Positions 26,116 through 34,667 of a stretch of DNA of 64,000 bases are shown piece by piece; position 1 is the first letter of the stretch, and each line of letters opens with the position of its first letter. A program made the position numbers and the translations under genes. The DNA is from Acidimicrobiales bacterium. GTDB lineage: Bacteria; Actinomycetota; Acidimicrobiia; Acidimicrobiales; Bog-793. Under the pieces are notes generated by a model that made no database searches, was not told the origin of the DNA, and worked only from the letters and a program-made list of their open reading frames with translations. Where the stretch lies: contig JBKQMT010000037.1 of the NCBI GenBank assembly GCA_052146595.1, forward strand, positions 8,097 to 72,096. The letters are read 5' to 3'.

Positions 26116-26275
26116 CCGCGCGAACGTGACAGGCGAGCTGAGCCAAGGGCTCGTCAGGTCCTCAAAAGTCCTCAGCCCTGAGGACTACAGCGGTGTTTTT
26201 CGGTCACCAACGGCGACCAATGGCAAGGACGAAACCGCAGGCCAAACGGCATTTTAGCGCGCCTCGCGGCTGGTA

Positions 26276-26655
26276 GTGGTGGCGAGCCGGCCTATAGGCG
26301 GGGTTCTGTCCGCCGGCCGGCGAGGCCGGTACCGGCGGGGTGGCCATCCATCTAAGCGGCCTACCTGGGGACATCGGGCGGGCCACCCGTCCCACGTTTT
26401 GGCCTTGCTCCGGGTTGGGTTTACCAAGCCGACCGGGTCGCCTCGGCCGCTGGTGCGCTCTTGCCGCACCTTTTCACCCTTGCCTGTGCACGGCGAGCCG
26501 CGCCATCGGCGGTCTGTTCTCTGTGGCACTGTCCTGCGGGTCGCCCCGACTAGCCGTTAGCCAGCACCCTGCCCTGTGGAGCCCCGACCTTCCTCAGCCG
26601 GCTGCGGCGCCGAAACACCGCCCCGGCCGCGGCCACCCGGCCGGCTCGCCACCAC
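26276..26655 (-). ncRNA. rnpB: RNase P RNA, bacterial type A
   Basis: Minus strand GAGGAAGGUCGGGGCUCCACAGGGC...AGUGCCACAGAGAACAGACCGCC...GGGUGAAAAGGUGCGGCAAGAGCGCACC...GGUAAACCC...GAGCAAGGCCAA...ACAGAACCCCGCCUAUA; P1 ends GUGGUGGCGAGCCGGCC / GGCCGGCUCGCCACCAC pair. Confidence 0.95.
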
Positions 26656-26742
26656 CGCGCTCATTCTCTCACGTGCCTGCATGCGCGGGTCGTCGTCGAG
26701 ACCTCTAGCCGGCCCGGCCGGCTCCTGCCGAGGGTGAGTGCA

Positions 26743-26776
26743 TGGACATCGAAAATCTAAGTGCTATACTGTCAAG
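26743..26776 (+). promoter_or_regulatory. hsp20 promoter with overlapping degenerate HAIR (HspR) site
   Basis: TGGACA-16-TATACT with TGn extension; TCTAAGT-N7-TGTCAAG versus HAIR CTTGAGT-N7-ACTCAAG (9/14 match). Confidence 0.5.
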
Positions 26777-26812
26777 AGAAGTGATAAGGCTTAAGAAGGA
26801 GTTACAGACAAG

Positions 26813-27241
26813 ATGATGCGCTTCGATCCATTTCGTGAGATCGATCGGTTGACACAGCCGATGTGGCCTGCCCGGGCCTCTGTGCCGCTAGACGTCTACC
26901 GCAAGGGCGAGAAATTCATCGTCCGTGTCGACCTGCCCGGTATTGACCCCAAGACCCTCGATCTGACCATCGAGAGGAACGTGCTGACGATCAAGGCCGA
27001 GCGTTCCTGGACGCCTGCTGAGGACGAGGAGGTCCTCGTTGCGGAGCGACCTCAGGGGACCTTCACCCGCCGGCTTTTCCTCAGCGACGGCCTGGACCCT
27101 GACAAGATCAGCGCTCAGTACGAGCACGGCGTCCTCACCGTCACGGTACCGGTCGCAGAATCGGCCAAGAGCCGTAAGATCGAGGTCGGCCTCGGCGCCT
27201 CAGACGACAGGGTGCTCGACGTCGAAGCGACCAAGCACTGA
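26813..27241 (+). CDS. Hsp20/alpha-crystallin small heat shock protein
   Basis: MMRFDPFREIDRL; DLPGID; ERPQGTFTRRL; A.YEHGVLTVTVP; RBS AAGGAG. Confidence 0.95.
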   Translation: MMRFDPFREIDRLTQPMWPARASVPLDVYRKGEKFIVRVDLPGIDPKTLDLTIERNVLTIKAERSWTPAEDEEVLVAERPQGTFTRRLFLSDGLDPDKISAQYEHGVLTVTVPVAESAKSRKIEVGLGASDDRVLDVEATKH

Positions 27242-27319
27242 CCTCATGGGCGCACGGCGCCCTGGTCACAAAGCCCCGATCACCCGCGACCCCCCACAAA
27301 GGTGATCGACGTGGGATCC

Positions 27320-27359
27320 TCCCCCGGGACCGGCCTTGAAGGCCGGCCAACCCGGGGGA
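27320..27359. terminator. GC-rich hairpin between convergent hsp20 and phosphatase genes
   Basis: TCCCCCGGG...CCGGCCT-TGA-AGGCCGG...CCCGGGGGA nested inverted repeat. Confidence 0.55.
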
Positions 27360-27391
27360 CGGTCGCGTTTGCACGGGGACGTGAGCTTGCG

Positions 27392-28051
27392 TCACCCGAG
27401 ACGAGCTAGGTGATCCGTCTCGTTGAAGCTGACCAGTGCCGGACCCCTCGGGCCATCGGTTGCGATCCGGGTGATGGATGCGACGCCCAGGGACAGTCGC
27501 CAGGAGACCTCGGGACCGGCATGCAACGCCCAAGCGACTGCCGCCTTGATCGGCGACACGTGGCTCACGATGACGACCTCGCCCTGGGCTGCCTCCGGGG
27601 CGAGCTCCTCGCAGGCCGCGCTCACCCTGGCCGCTACCTCCCAGAGGGTCTCGCCGCCTGGCGGTCGCCAGGTGGCGTCCGAGCACCAATGCTCCCAAAG
27701 CCCTGGGGGGAGCTTTGAGGGCGCCATCCCCTCGAGCTCGCCATAGTCGAGCTCCACGAGACGGCGGTCGACACTCACCTCGGGCACGGCTCTTCGTGCG
27801 GTCGTGCTCGCCGACCCCGCCGCGTGGGCCGTGGCGCGGGAGTAGGCGGCCGCGATCGCGTCTGCGGTCTGCCTGGCGCGTTGAAGCGGGCTCGTTAGGA
27901 TCCGGCATGGAGCCGTGGCGCGCGACGCCAGCACCTCGCCGAGCACCTCTGCCTGCAGGTGCCCGAGCTCCGTCAAGGGGGAGTCGGCCCTTCCCAGCAG
28001 GAGCCCGGCGGCATTGGCCTGGCTCTGTCCGTGTCGGACGAGGAGCAGCAC
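27392..28051 (-). CDS. Histidine phosphatase family protein (PGM/CobC-like)
   Basis: LLLVRHGQS, SPLQRARQTA, ELDYGELEG, PPGGET, VSHVSPIK, FNETDHL. Confidence 0.9.
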   Translation of the reverse strand: MLLLVRHGQSQANAAGLLLGRADSPLTELGHLQAEVLGEVLASRATAPCRILTSPLQRARQTADAIAAAYSRATAHAAGSASTTARRAVPEVSVDRRLVELDYGELEGMAPSKLPPGLWEHWCSDATWRPPGGETLWEVAARVSAACEELAPEAAQGEVVIVSHVSPIKAAVAWALHAGPEVSWRLSLGVASITRIATDGPRGPALVSFNETDHLARLG

Positions 28052-28079
28052 GGTCGCTAGCGATCTGCCTGTTCGCTTG

Positions 28080-28847
28080 TCACGGCACGAGTATCCGGCC
28101 GCACTGGTCGCAGTAGACGACCGAGCCAGGGGCGGCTTGGCGCAGCCTGTGCAGCTCGCCGGCGGGCACATGCAGGTGGCAACCGCTGCACGCTCCGCCA
28201 ACGAGGTGTGCGGCTCCGATGCCGCCGAGCTTGGCCCTGAGACGCTCGTAGGAGGCCGCGAGCTCGGGTGCCACGCGAGCGGCCCGTTCGTCGCGAGCGG
28301 CGCGGATGATCGCGACTTCGTCGTCGATGGCGCCTTCCGCGATCTCGAGCTGCCCGCGGGCGAGAACCAGCTCCTCGGCTGCCGCAGAGGCGCCCGCCTT
28401 GAGAACGGCGAGCTCCTCGTCCAGCGGTTCGAGGGCCTCCATGACCTCGAGCTCCTGGTCCTCGATCTCCTGACGCTGACGTGCCAGCGACGACGCCTCC
28501 TCGCCCATCGTCTCCTCGTCCCGGTAAGACCCGGCTCGTCCGGAGCGCAACCGTTGCTCGATCGTCGCCACCCGGGCACCGACGGCCGCGGAACGCTGAT
28601 CGAGACTCAGCAACTGGGAGGCGAGCTTGTCGCGCTGCTCCTGAGCTTCTGTGGCCCGCGCGGACAGCTCGGCGAGCTTGGCGCTGAGGGCCGACACAGC
28701 GGCGCGCTCTGCCAGCTCACGGCGACGATAGGCGAGGCGGTCAAGGGCGAGGTCATCCTCTTGAACCTCGAGCAGGAGTGACAGTTGCGAGGTCGGCGCC
28801 GGTGCGGGCGACTCGGTCTGAGAGGGCTCGGTCTCGCTGTCGGGCAT
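28080..28847 (-). CDS. Coiled-coil protein with C-terminal C4 zinc ribbon (DUF164/Rv2229c-like)
   Basis: LLLEVQEDD, long heptad region, YERLR, ACSGCHL...YCDQCGRILV. Confidence 0.9.
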   Translation of the reverse strand: MPDSETEPSQTESPAPAPTSQLSLLLEVQEDDLALDRLAYRRRELAERAAVSALSAKLAELSARATEAQEQRDKLASQLLSLDQRSAAVGARVATIEQRLRSGRAGSYRDEETMGEEASSLARQRQEIEDQELEVMEALEPLDEELAVLKAGASAAAEELVLARGQLEIAEGAIDDEVAIIRAARDERAARVAPELAASYERLRAKLGGIGAAHLVGGACSGCHLHVPAGELHRLRQAAPGSVVYCDQCGRILVP

Positions 28848-28860
28848 CGCAGGATCGAGG

Positions 28861-29616
28861 CTACAGGCGCCACGTGGCCCTGGACGCCAGAAGCTCAGAG
28901 AGCAAGGCTGAGGTGCCTGCAGCGACCGGAGTGCGCCGACTCGAATGGTCCCGCACCACGAGCTCTCGACCGGCCCCGTCGGCGACCAGAGCACCAGCCT
29001 CGGCACAGACGAGCAGACCGCCCAGGTAGTCCCAGCCGCCGTGCGCATCGCGCATGCAGTCGATGTACCCGTCCAAGGTCCCGTCGGCAACCGCGCACAG
29101 GTCCAATGCGGCGGCTCCGAGCGCCCGGTACTGCCGCCAGCCGAGATATCGCGGCGGGTAACCCGACAACCCGATCAGCGAGCGCCCGAGGGACTCCTCA
29201 CACGACGGTTTGATCGGTTCCCCGTCACGGCGTGCGCCGCCACCGCGCACCGCCTCGTAACGGACACCGGTCGCCTGATTGACCACCAACGCGGCAAGAG
29301 GCCCTTCCTCGTCGAGAACACAGATGCTGGTGGCGTACCACGGGATTCGCCGGGAAGCGTTCGTCGATCCGTCGACGGGGTCGAGCACGGCGAGCAGCGG
29401 CCTGCCCGAGGCCCCGGCGCTGAAACCCGACTCCTCGCTCAAGACCGCGAGACCGGCCGCTAAGAGGACGCGGACGGCAACTGCGTCCGCCACGAGATCG
29501 GACCGGTACTGGCCCGGACGCGTACCCGCCAACCCCCAGTCGGCGAGCCCGCTCAGAGAACCGGCAACGCCGTCTGCCGCTTCCCCGAGGACCTGCAGTA
29601 GCTCGGCCGCGTCCAC
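28861..29616 (-). CDS. Inositol monophosphatase family protein
   Basis: LSEESG, LDPVDGSTN, RALGAAALDLCAVADG, WDYLGG. Confidence 0.9.
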   Translation of the reverse strand: MDAAELLQVLGEAADGVAGSLSGLADWGLAGTRPGQYRSDLVADAVAVRVLLAAGLAVLSEESGFSAGASGRPLLAVLDPVDGSTNASRRIPWYATSICVLDEEGPLAALVVNQATGVRYEAVRGGGARRDGEPIKPSCEESLGRSLIGLSGYPPRYLGWRQYRALGAAALDLCAVADGTLDGYIDCMRDAHGGWDYLGGLLVCAEAGALVADGAGRELVVRDHSSRRTPVAAGTSALLSELLASRATWRL

Positions 29617-29674
29617 AGCACGAACCGTAGCGTGGCCGCCCTCTGCCGGTCGCTCGCCTAAGCTTGGTGGCCGA

Positions 29675-30235
29675 ATGGCCGTCATCGACGTCGCGGGTTA
29701 TGTGGCCGAGCTGAAGGATCATGCGGTCGACCACAAGTTTCACGTGCACGACGAGCGGCACTTCGTCGAGACGTACTCCCTTCGCCAGTTCTGGGAGGTC
29801 GACCTGCACCCTGAGGAAGGCTGCGGCGGACCGATCGACCTCCACCTCGCCCTCGAGGTGGAGCCACGAGTGCTGCTCGACTTCGAAGATGCCGTTGTCG
29901 CCCTGCCAGAAGACGAGGACCCCCCTGACAAGTGGTTCTTCCCGCTCACCTTCAACTGGGGTGTCCCCCCACTACCGAAAGGGCCGGACCTGCTTCGGCT
30001 CGCCATCGATCTGGCGGGCGTCGGGGGCGTCGAGCTTCCGCTCGAGATCTCGGCGACCGACTCGTTCGGTTCGGTTACCGACGCCCCGGTCCGACGTCTC
30101 ACCATTGTCGCGAGACAGCAGGTGTCCCTGGCGCGTGTGCTGGCAGGCGAGGAGCTGCTCTGCGACACGTTCGACAGGGCGCTCGCTGTCACCCGCTTTT
30201 TCCTCGACAATGCCCCGATCTGGCTCGGCGAATAG
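29675..30235 (+). CDS. Hypothetical protein (MAVIDVAGYVAELKDH...)
   Basis: Strong GC3 coding bias and globular composition; 3' part of ORF 29279..30235; function not recognised. Confidence 0.75.
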   Translation: MAVIDVAGYVAELKDHAVDHKFHVHDERHFVETYSLRQFWEVDLHPEEGCGGPIDLHLALEVEPRVLLDFEDAVVALPEDEDPPDKWFFPLTFNWGVPPLPKGPDLLRLAIDLAGVGGVELPLEISATDSFGSVTDAPVRRLTIVARQQVSLARVLAGEELLCDTFDRALAVTRFFLDNAPIWLGE

Positions 30236-30587
30236 ATCGGCGCGGCGGCATCTGGTCGGCGGCTGTCTGATCCTCGCCCTTGCCTGCGGGGCCGGGGTCG
30301 CAGGCTGCTCCGGTCAAGACTCCCAGGCTCTTGTCAACCGGGCCTGCTCCCACATCGAACGCGGCTTGGCAGCCGCCCACGAAGCCTCCTCCGTCGGCCC
30401 CGCCCAAGCGGTGCGACTGCAAGCCGAGGCGCTCGACCAGATTCGTATTGCCCTCCCGCTTGTCGCGGTAGCAGCAGGTGAGGACACGACCTGGCAGCCC
30501 CTCGAGGCCACCTTGAGCGAGTCGAGCCGCGTCCCGTTGCACTATCTGCTACCGGCGCTGGCCGCCCAGTGTGCCGGCATCGGCTGA
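30210..30587 (+). CDS. Small hypothetical lipoprotein
   Basis: Signal-like LILALACGAGVAGC lipobox; two further Cys; start uncertain. Confidence 0.55.
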   Translation: MPRSGSANRSARRHLVGGCLILALACGAGVAGCSGQDSQALVNRACSHIERGLAAAHEASSVGPAQAVRLQAEALDQIRIALPLVAVAAGEDTTWQPLEATLSESSRVPLHYLLPALAAQCAGIG

Positions 30588-30636
30588 TCCCGGCTCAGCT
30601 CGGATCCCGGCTCAGCTCGGACCCCGGCTCAGCTCT
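30586..30636 (+). repeat. 17-bp tandem repeat x3, intergenic
   Basis: GATCCCGGCTCAGCTCG, GATCCCGGCTCAGCTCG, GACCCCGGCTCAGCTCT. Confidence 0.9.
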
Positions 30637-30675
30637 GACCGCACACTTCTGATCCCGGCGCCAGCCGCCGATCAC

Positions 30676-31929
30676 TCAGTTTTCCGGCAGCTCCCAGAGC
30701 TTGATCCCGCCGAGGATTCCCGCGATGTTGTCGACGATGGTCACCGACGGGTCCAGGTGGCCCGCGAGGAGCCGCGAGTTACCGCCTCCGATGTAGAGCC
30801 GGTCGTAGTTGAGCAACCTCTGGAAGTCGCCAATGGCCTCGTCGAGGCGCTTGCGCCACTTCTTGACGCCGATTCGCCGAAGCGGCGCGTCTCCGAGCTG
30901 CTCGTCATAGGTCTGGTCCTTGCGGAAGGGATGCTGGGCCAGCTCGAGGTGAGGCATCAGCCTCCCGTCGAGGAACAGCGCTGTGCCGACGCCGGTGCCG
31001 AGCGTGACGACGAACTCGAGTCCGGAGCCGCTCACGACCTCGAGCCCCTGGAGGTCCGCGTCATTGGCGACGCGCACTGGACAACCGAATCGCGCCGCTA
31101 ACGCAGCGGCGAGGTCAAAACCTGACCATGCCGCCAGCAACTTGCCGACGACCGGTTCTCCCGGCTTCCCCGTGCGAGTCACGAAATGCGGCGCTGTCAG
31201 GACGATCCCCTTGCGGACGACGCCGGGAAAGCCGACCGACACACGGTCGAAGGAAGGCAGCGGGGCGATGAGGGTAGTCAGTGCGTCAACGAGTGCCTTC
31301 GGGGGGCAGGGGTAGGGCGTCACCACGCGGACACGGTCCGCCACGAGCTTGCCGGCCGCATCCAGCACGGAAGCCTTGAGGCCGGTGCCGCCAACGTCGA
31401 TGGCGAGCGTCGTCGGTCGAACCGGCGGCACGACGGCCGGTGCGGCGACCTCGCCGGCCCTTCGTGTGACGGGGGCCACCGAGGCCTTGCGGGGTGCGGA
31501 ACCTGCTGCCACGCGCCTTGTTACCGTCTTCCTGACGGAGGAAGTAACGGCGCCCTTTGGTTCTCCGGTCTGTGCCACTGCTTCGGTCTGCCTCGGCTTT
31601 GCGCCTCGCCCGGACCCTCCGGGTTGCCCCGGCTCTCTGGGTTGCCCCGGCTCTCTGGGTTGCCCCGGCTCTCTGGGTTGCCCCGGCTCTCTGGGTTGCC
31701 CCGGCTCTCCGGGTTGCCCCGGCTCTCTGGGTTGCCCCGGCTCTCCGGGTTGGCGGACATCTTCGCTGCCGTCCGCTGTCGCGGCCTGCGAAGGCTCTTC
31801 AGCCCGCGGCGGCTCTTCGGGCGCGGCGGGCTCTTCGGGCGCGGCGGGCTCTTCGGCCCGCTCCACCTCATTGCCCTGGGTGACCTCTTCGGGCCGCATT
31901 CCCTCGTCAGTTTCGTCGCGGTCGGTCAT
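30676..31929 (-). CDS. ppgK: ROK-family polyphosphate glucokinase-like protein with ~170 aa repetitive N-terminal extension
   Basis: AIDVGGTGLKA, VGFPGVV, VANDAD, TLGTGVGTALF, HLELAQH, YIGGGN, NIAGILGG. Confidence 0.8.
   Translation of the reverse strand: MTDRDETDEGMRPEEVTQGNEVERAEEPAAPEEPAAPEEPPRAEEPSQAATADGSEDVRQPGEPGQPREPGQPGEPGQPREPGQPREPGQPREPGQPREPGQPGGSGRGAKPRQTEAVAQTGEPKGAVTSSVRKTVTRRVAAGSAPRKASVAPVTRRAGEVAAPAVVPPVRPTTLAIDVGGTGLKASVLDAAGKLVADRVRVVTPYPCPPKALVDALTTLIAPLPSFDRVSVGFPGVVRKGIVLTAPHFVTRTGKPGEPVVGKLLAAWSGFDLAAALAARFGCPVRVANDADLQGLEVVSGSGLEFVVTLGTGVGTALFLDGRLMPHLELAQHPFRKDQTYDEQLGDAPLRRIGVKKWRKRLDEAIGDFQRLLNYDRLYIGGGNSRLLAGHLDPSVTIVDNIAGILGGIKLWELPEN
31621..31752 (+). repeat. 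18-bp tandem repeat x7.3 encoding (PGQPRE/PGQPGE)n
   Basis: Unit GGGTTGCCCCGGCTCTC(T/C); a second 18-bp array (EEPAAP) at about 31793-31860. Confidence 0.95.
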
Positions 31930-33458
31930 GGGATCACCTTCCCACCAGCGGCACCGGCCGCGGGCGAACTCAGGGGCTCGTACGCGATGAGAAACTCGAG
32001 CAACGTGCGGACGCCGAAACCGGTCGCGCCCTTGCAATACTCGCCCGCGTCCTCGTCAGAACGCGACGGGCCGGCGATGTCCAAGTGGGCCCACGGCCGA
32101 TCGGCGACGAATTCCTGGAGCAGGAGTCCCGCGGTGAGAGCGCCTGCCCCGCGCTTGCTCATGTTCTTCATGTCGGCGACATCGGAGTCGATGTCGGGCC
32201 TGTAGGCCTCAGGAAGCGGGAGCGGCCATGTCGCTTCGCCGGCACGCACCGATGCTGCCTGGAGCGCGGAGACCAGTCGATCGTCATTGCCCATGAGGCC
32301 GGCGATCTTAGATCCCAAGGCGACCGTGCAAGCACCGGTGAGCGTCGCCAGGTCGACAATTGCGTCTGGGCCCTCCTCGACCGCAAGTGACAGGCCATCG
32401 GCGAGCACCAGCCGGCCCTCGCAGTCGGTGTTGAGGACCTCGATGGTCTTGCCGTTGCGAATCTCGAGGACGTCGCCAGGCTTGACGGCCTTTCCACCCG
32501 GCATGTTCTCGGTTGCCGGGGCGAGTCCGACGACTCGAATGCCGACGCCCAGTGCCCGGCAAGCGCCGAGCGTCGCGATCACATCGGCGGCACCACTCTT
32601 GTCTGTCTTCATCGTCATCATGTTGTCGAGCGTCTTTAACGTGAGACCACCGGAGTCAAAGGTGATGCCCTTGCCGACCAGGGCGACGGTCGGGATGCTG
32701 CCGTCAGGGCGCTTTCGGGCCTGAGCGGCAGGCGGTTCGTACACGAGTTTGATGAGCCGTGGCGGCTGTGCCGAGCCGGCGGCAACACCGAGCAGGCCGC
32801 CGAGGCGAGCTTCCTCGATACCCTCCTCGTCAAGGATCGTCGCCTCCAGTCCTTCGCTCTTGGCCACCTCGGAGGCCACCTGGGCCAGCTGAACGGGGGT
32901 GAGCGCTCCGGCTGGTTCATTGGCCAAGTCCCGTGCGAGCCAGACCGCGTCCGCGATCACGCGGCCCCGTTCGAGCCCGCGCTCGGCGGACGAGACGTCG
33001 TCGCCCGCGACGATGATCGTGAGTGACTCGAGGGGATCCGGATCGCCGACGTGATAGCGCGTGAAGCGGTAACGAGCACCCCAGAACCCTTCGATCGCCG
33101 CCTGCACGGCTTCGGCCGCTCCGACACCGAGGCTCGTGATCCCGGTGAGGTCCAATGCGACCGTCTTTGCGTCGCCCGTCGAGCGGGCAAACTCCCCTGC
33201 CGCTCGGCGCAACTTTGCCGTACCGAACTGCGCGGCCTCCCCGAGACCGAGGACCACGTCGACCCGCCCGCCGTCGCCGGGTGCTATGAGCGTCTCACCG
33301 GGCTTGGCCTTGAACCGCCTCTGCTCGCACCAGGCGAGGTCCAGCTCGAGGCCGGGCCTGGCCGTCACGAGCCCTTCCAGGGCGCCCCAACCAACAGCAT
33401 CGGGGTGCTCGGGCGCAGAGTCGGATACTTGGGTTCTCAGCGTCAACGGGAGGTTCAT
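31926..33458 (-). CDS. pepA: Leucyl aminopeptidase (M17)
   Basis: ARDLANEP, VGKGITFDSGG, MKTDKSGAA, NTDCEGRLVLAD, ATLTGA, WAHLDIAG. Confidence 0.95.
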   Translation of the reverse strand: MNLPLTLRTQVSDSAPEHPDAVGWGALEGLVTARPGLELDLAWCEQRRFKAKPGETLIAPGDGGRVDVVLGLGEAAQFGTAKLRRAAGEFARSTGDAKTVALDLTGITSLGVGAAEAVQAAIEGFWGARYRFTRYHVGDPDPLESLTIIVAGDDVSSAERGLERGRVIADAVWLARDLANEPAGALTPVQLAQVASEVAKSEGLEATILDEEGIEEARLGGLLGVAAGSAQPPRLIKLVYEPPAAQARKRPDGSIPTVALVGKGITFDSGGLTLKTLDNMMTMKTDKSGAADVIATLGACRALGVGIRVVGLAPATENMPGGKAVKPGDVLEIRNGKTIEVLNTDCEGRLVLADGLSLAVEEGPDAIVDLATLTGACTVALGSKIAGLMGNDDRLVSALQAASVRAGEATWPLPLPEAYRPDIDSDVADMKNMSKRGAGALTAGLLLQEFVADRPWAHLDIAGPSRSDEDAGEYCKGATGFGVRTLLEFLIAYEPLSSPAAGAAGGKVIP

Positions 33459-33465
33459 GTAGCCA

Positions 33466-34029
33466 TCATTCCTTTGCTCGGGGAGCTCGCACTCGTCCAA
33501 CGCGAGCGGTCAGGTGTTCCTGCTCGGACGAGCGGGCCATCAACCAGCACAGATCCGATAGGCGGTTCAGGTACGGCACTACTCGCGAGCCCTCGTCCAG
33601 CCCAAGGGCAACGGCGTTGCGCTCCGCACGTCGGACAATCGTGCGGGCGAGGTCGAGCGCCGCACTGGTGCGGCTCTGACCGGGCACGACGAACTCGGAC
33701 GGTGTCTCTGAGGAGGCCTCGAGCTCGTGCACGCGGCGCTCCAGCCGGCTGACCATCTCCGTGGTGACGAGTGTCACACCAGCGACGAGCTTGGGCCGAT
33801 TACGAGGCAGCGTCGCGACCTCGGCCATGACGACCCAAAGGCCGCGCTCGAGAGCCACGAGCTCGTCGTCGAGCGAAGTGCCGCTCACCTCTGCCCGCGC
33901 CAGGCCGAAAGCGGCCTGCGCTTCGTCGATGGCTCCAACGGTCTCGATGCGGGCGGAGTCCTTCCTCGCCCGCCCGCCGTAGAGGAGACCTGTGGTGCCG
34001 TCGTCTCCCCGTTTCGTCGAGATGGTCAC
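33466..34029 (-). CDS. PduO-type cob(I)alamin adenosyltransferase
   Basis: ISTKRGDDGTTGL, GAIDE, FVVPG, ARTIVRRAER, YLNRLSD. Confidence 0.92.
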   Translation of the reverse strand: MTISTKRGDDGTTGLLYGGRARKDSARIETVGAIDEAQAAFGLARAEVSGTSLDDELVALERGLWVVMAEVATLPRNRPKLVAGVTLVTTEMVSRLERRVHELEASSETPSEFVVPGQSRTSAALDLARTIVRRAERNAVALGLDEGSRVVPYLNRLSDLCWLMARSSEQEHLTARVGRVRAPRAKE

Positions 34030-34136
34030 TGGACCGCAGCGTACCGGCGATCTCCGTACCTGCGAGACGGGCCGTGGCGATCCGAACGTCATCGCTGGAA
34101 AAGACAAAGACCAGGTGGCAGCCGTAGACTCGCCAC

Positions 34137-34667
34137 GTGCCGACCAACCAATCGCCCCAGCGCGCCCTCGCGATCTGTGCCGGCCTGACAATCGCCCTGG
34201 GGCTCGCCGCCTGTAGCTCATCGAGCACTCCTCCGCCCACCACCACGACCACGACGCTGCCGTCGGTCGCGGCCTCGACAGCCGCGATCAAGCACGCCTA
34301 CAGCGTGCTGTTCGATCTTGCGAACCCCACCGTGGCACCCAAGCTCGCCGTCATCCAGGACGGCTCGACGCTCAAGGCCGTGATGACCTCGATGCTGCGA
34401 ACCTCACTCGCGAAGCAGGCCGCAGGCGCGACGGTGAGCAAGGTGACCATCGAACATGGGGCTGCCTGCAAGAACGAGATCCTCCCGAGTCCTTGCGCCA
34501 CGGTGACCTACTCGATCTTCAGCCCGACGCACTCGGTGCTCCTTCCGGCTTCGGGGGGTCTCGCCGTCTACCAGCACGCCAAGTGGCTCGTGGCCAAGGT
34601 GACGATCTGCGGACTGATCAGCCTCGGCAGCCCAGGTGGGAAGGAGCCAGCCGCCTGCTCCGCCTAG
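34137..34667 (+). CDS. Secreted lipoprotein (possibly MTB12-like)
   Basis: Lipobox LAAC; S/T/P linker; ATVTYSI, KWLVAKVTIC, 4 Cys in the mature part. Confidence 0.7.
   Translation: MPTNQSPQRALAICAGLTIALGLAACSSSSTPPPTTTTTTLPSVAASTAAIKHAYSVLFDLANPTVAPKLAVIQDGSTLKAVMTSMLRTSLAKQAAGATVSKVTIEHGAACKNEILPSPCATVTYSIFSPTHSVLLPASGGLAVYQHAKWLVAKVTICGLISLGSPGGKEPAACSA

Noticed and set aside
30586..30636. 17-bp repeats as mini-CRISPR or iterons
   Set aside because: Only three contiguous units, no spacers and no rep gene nearby
31621..31860. Repeat arrays as a CRISPR locus
   Set aside because: Head-to-tail 18-bp units without spacers, in frame within a CDS; no cas genes in the window
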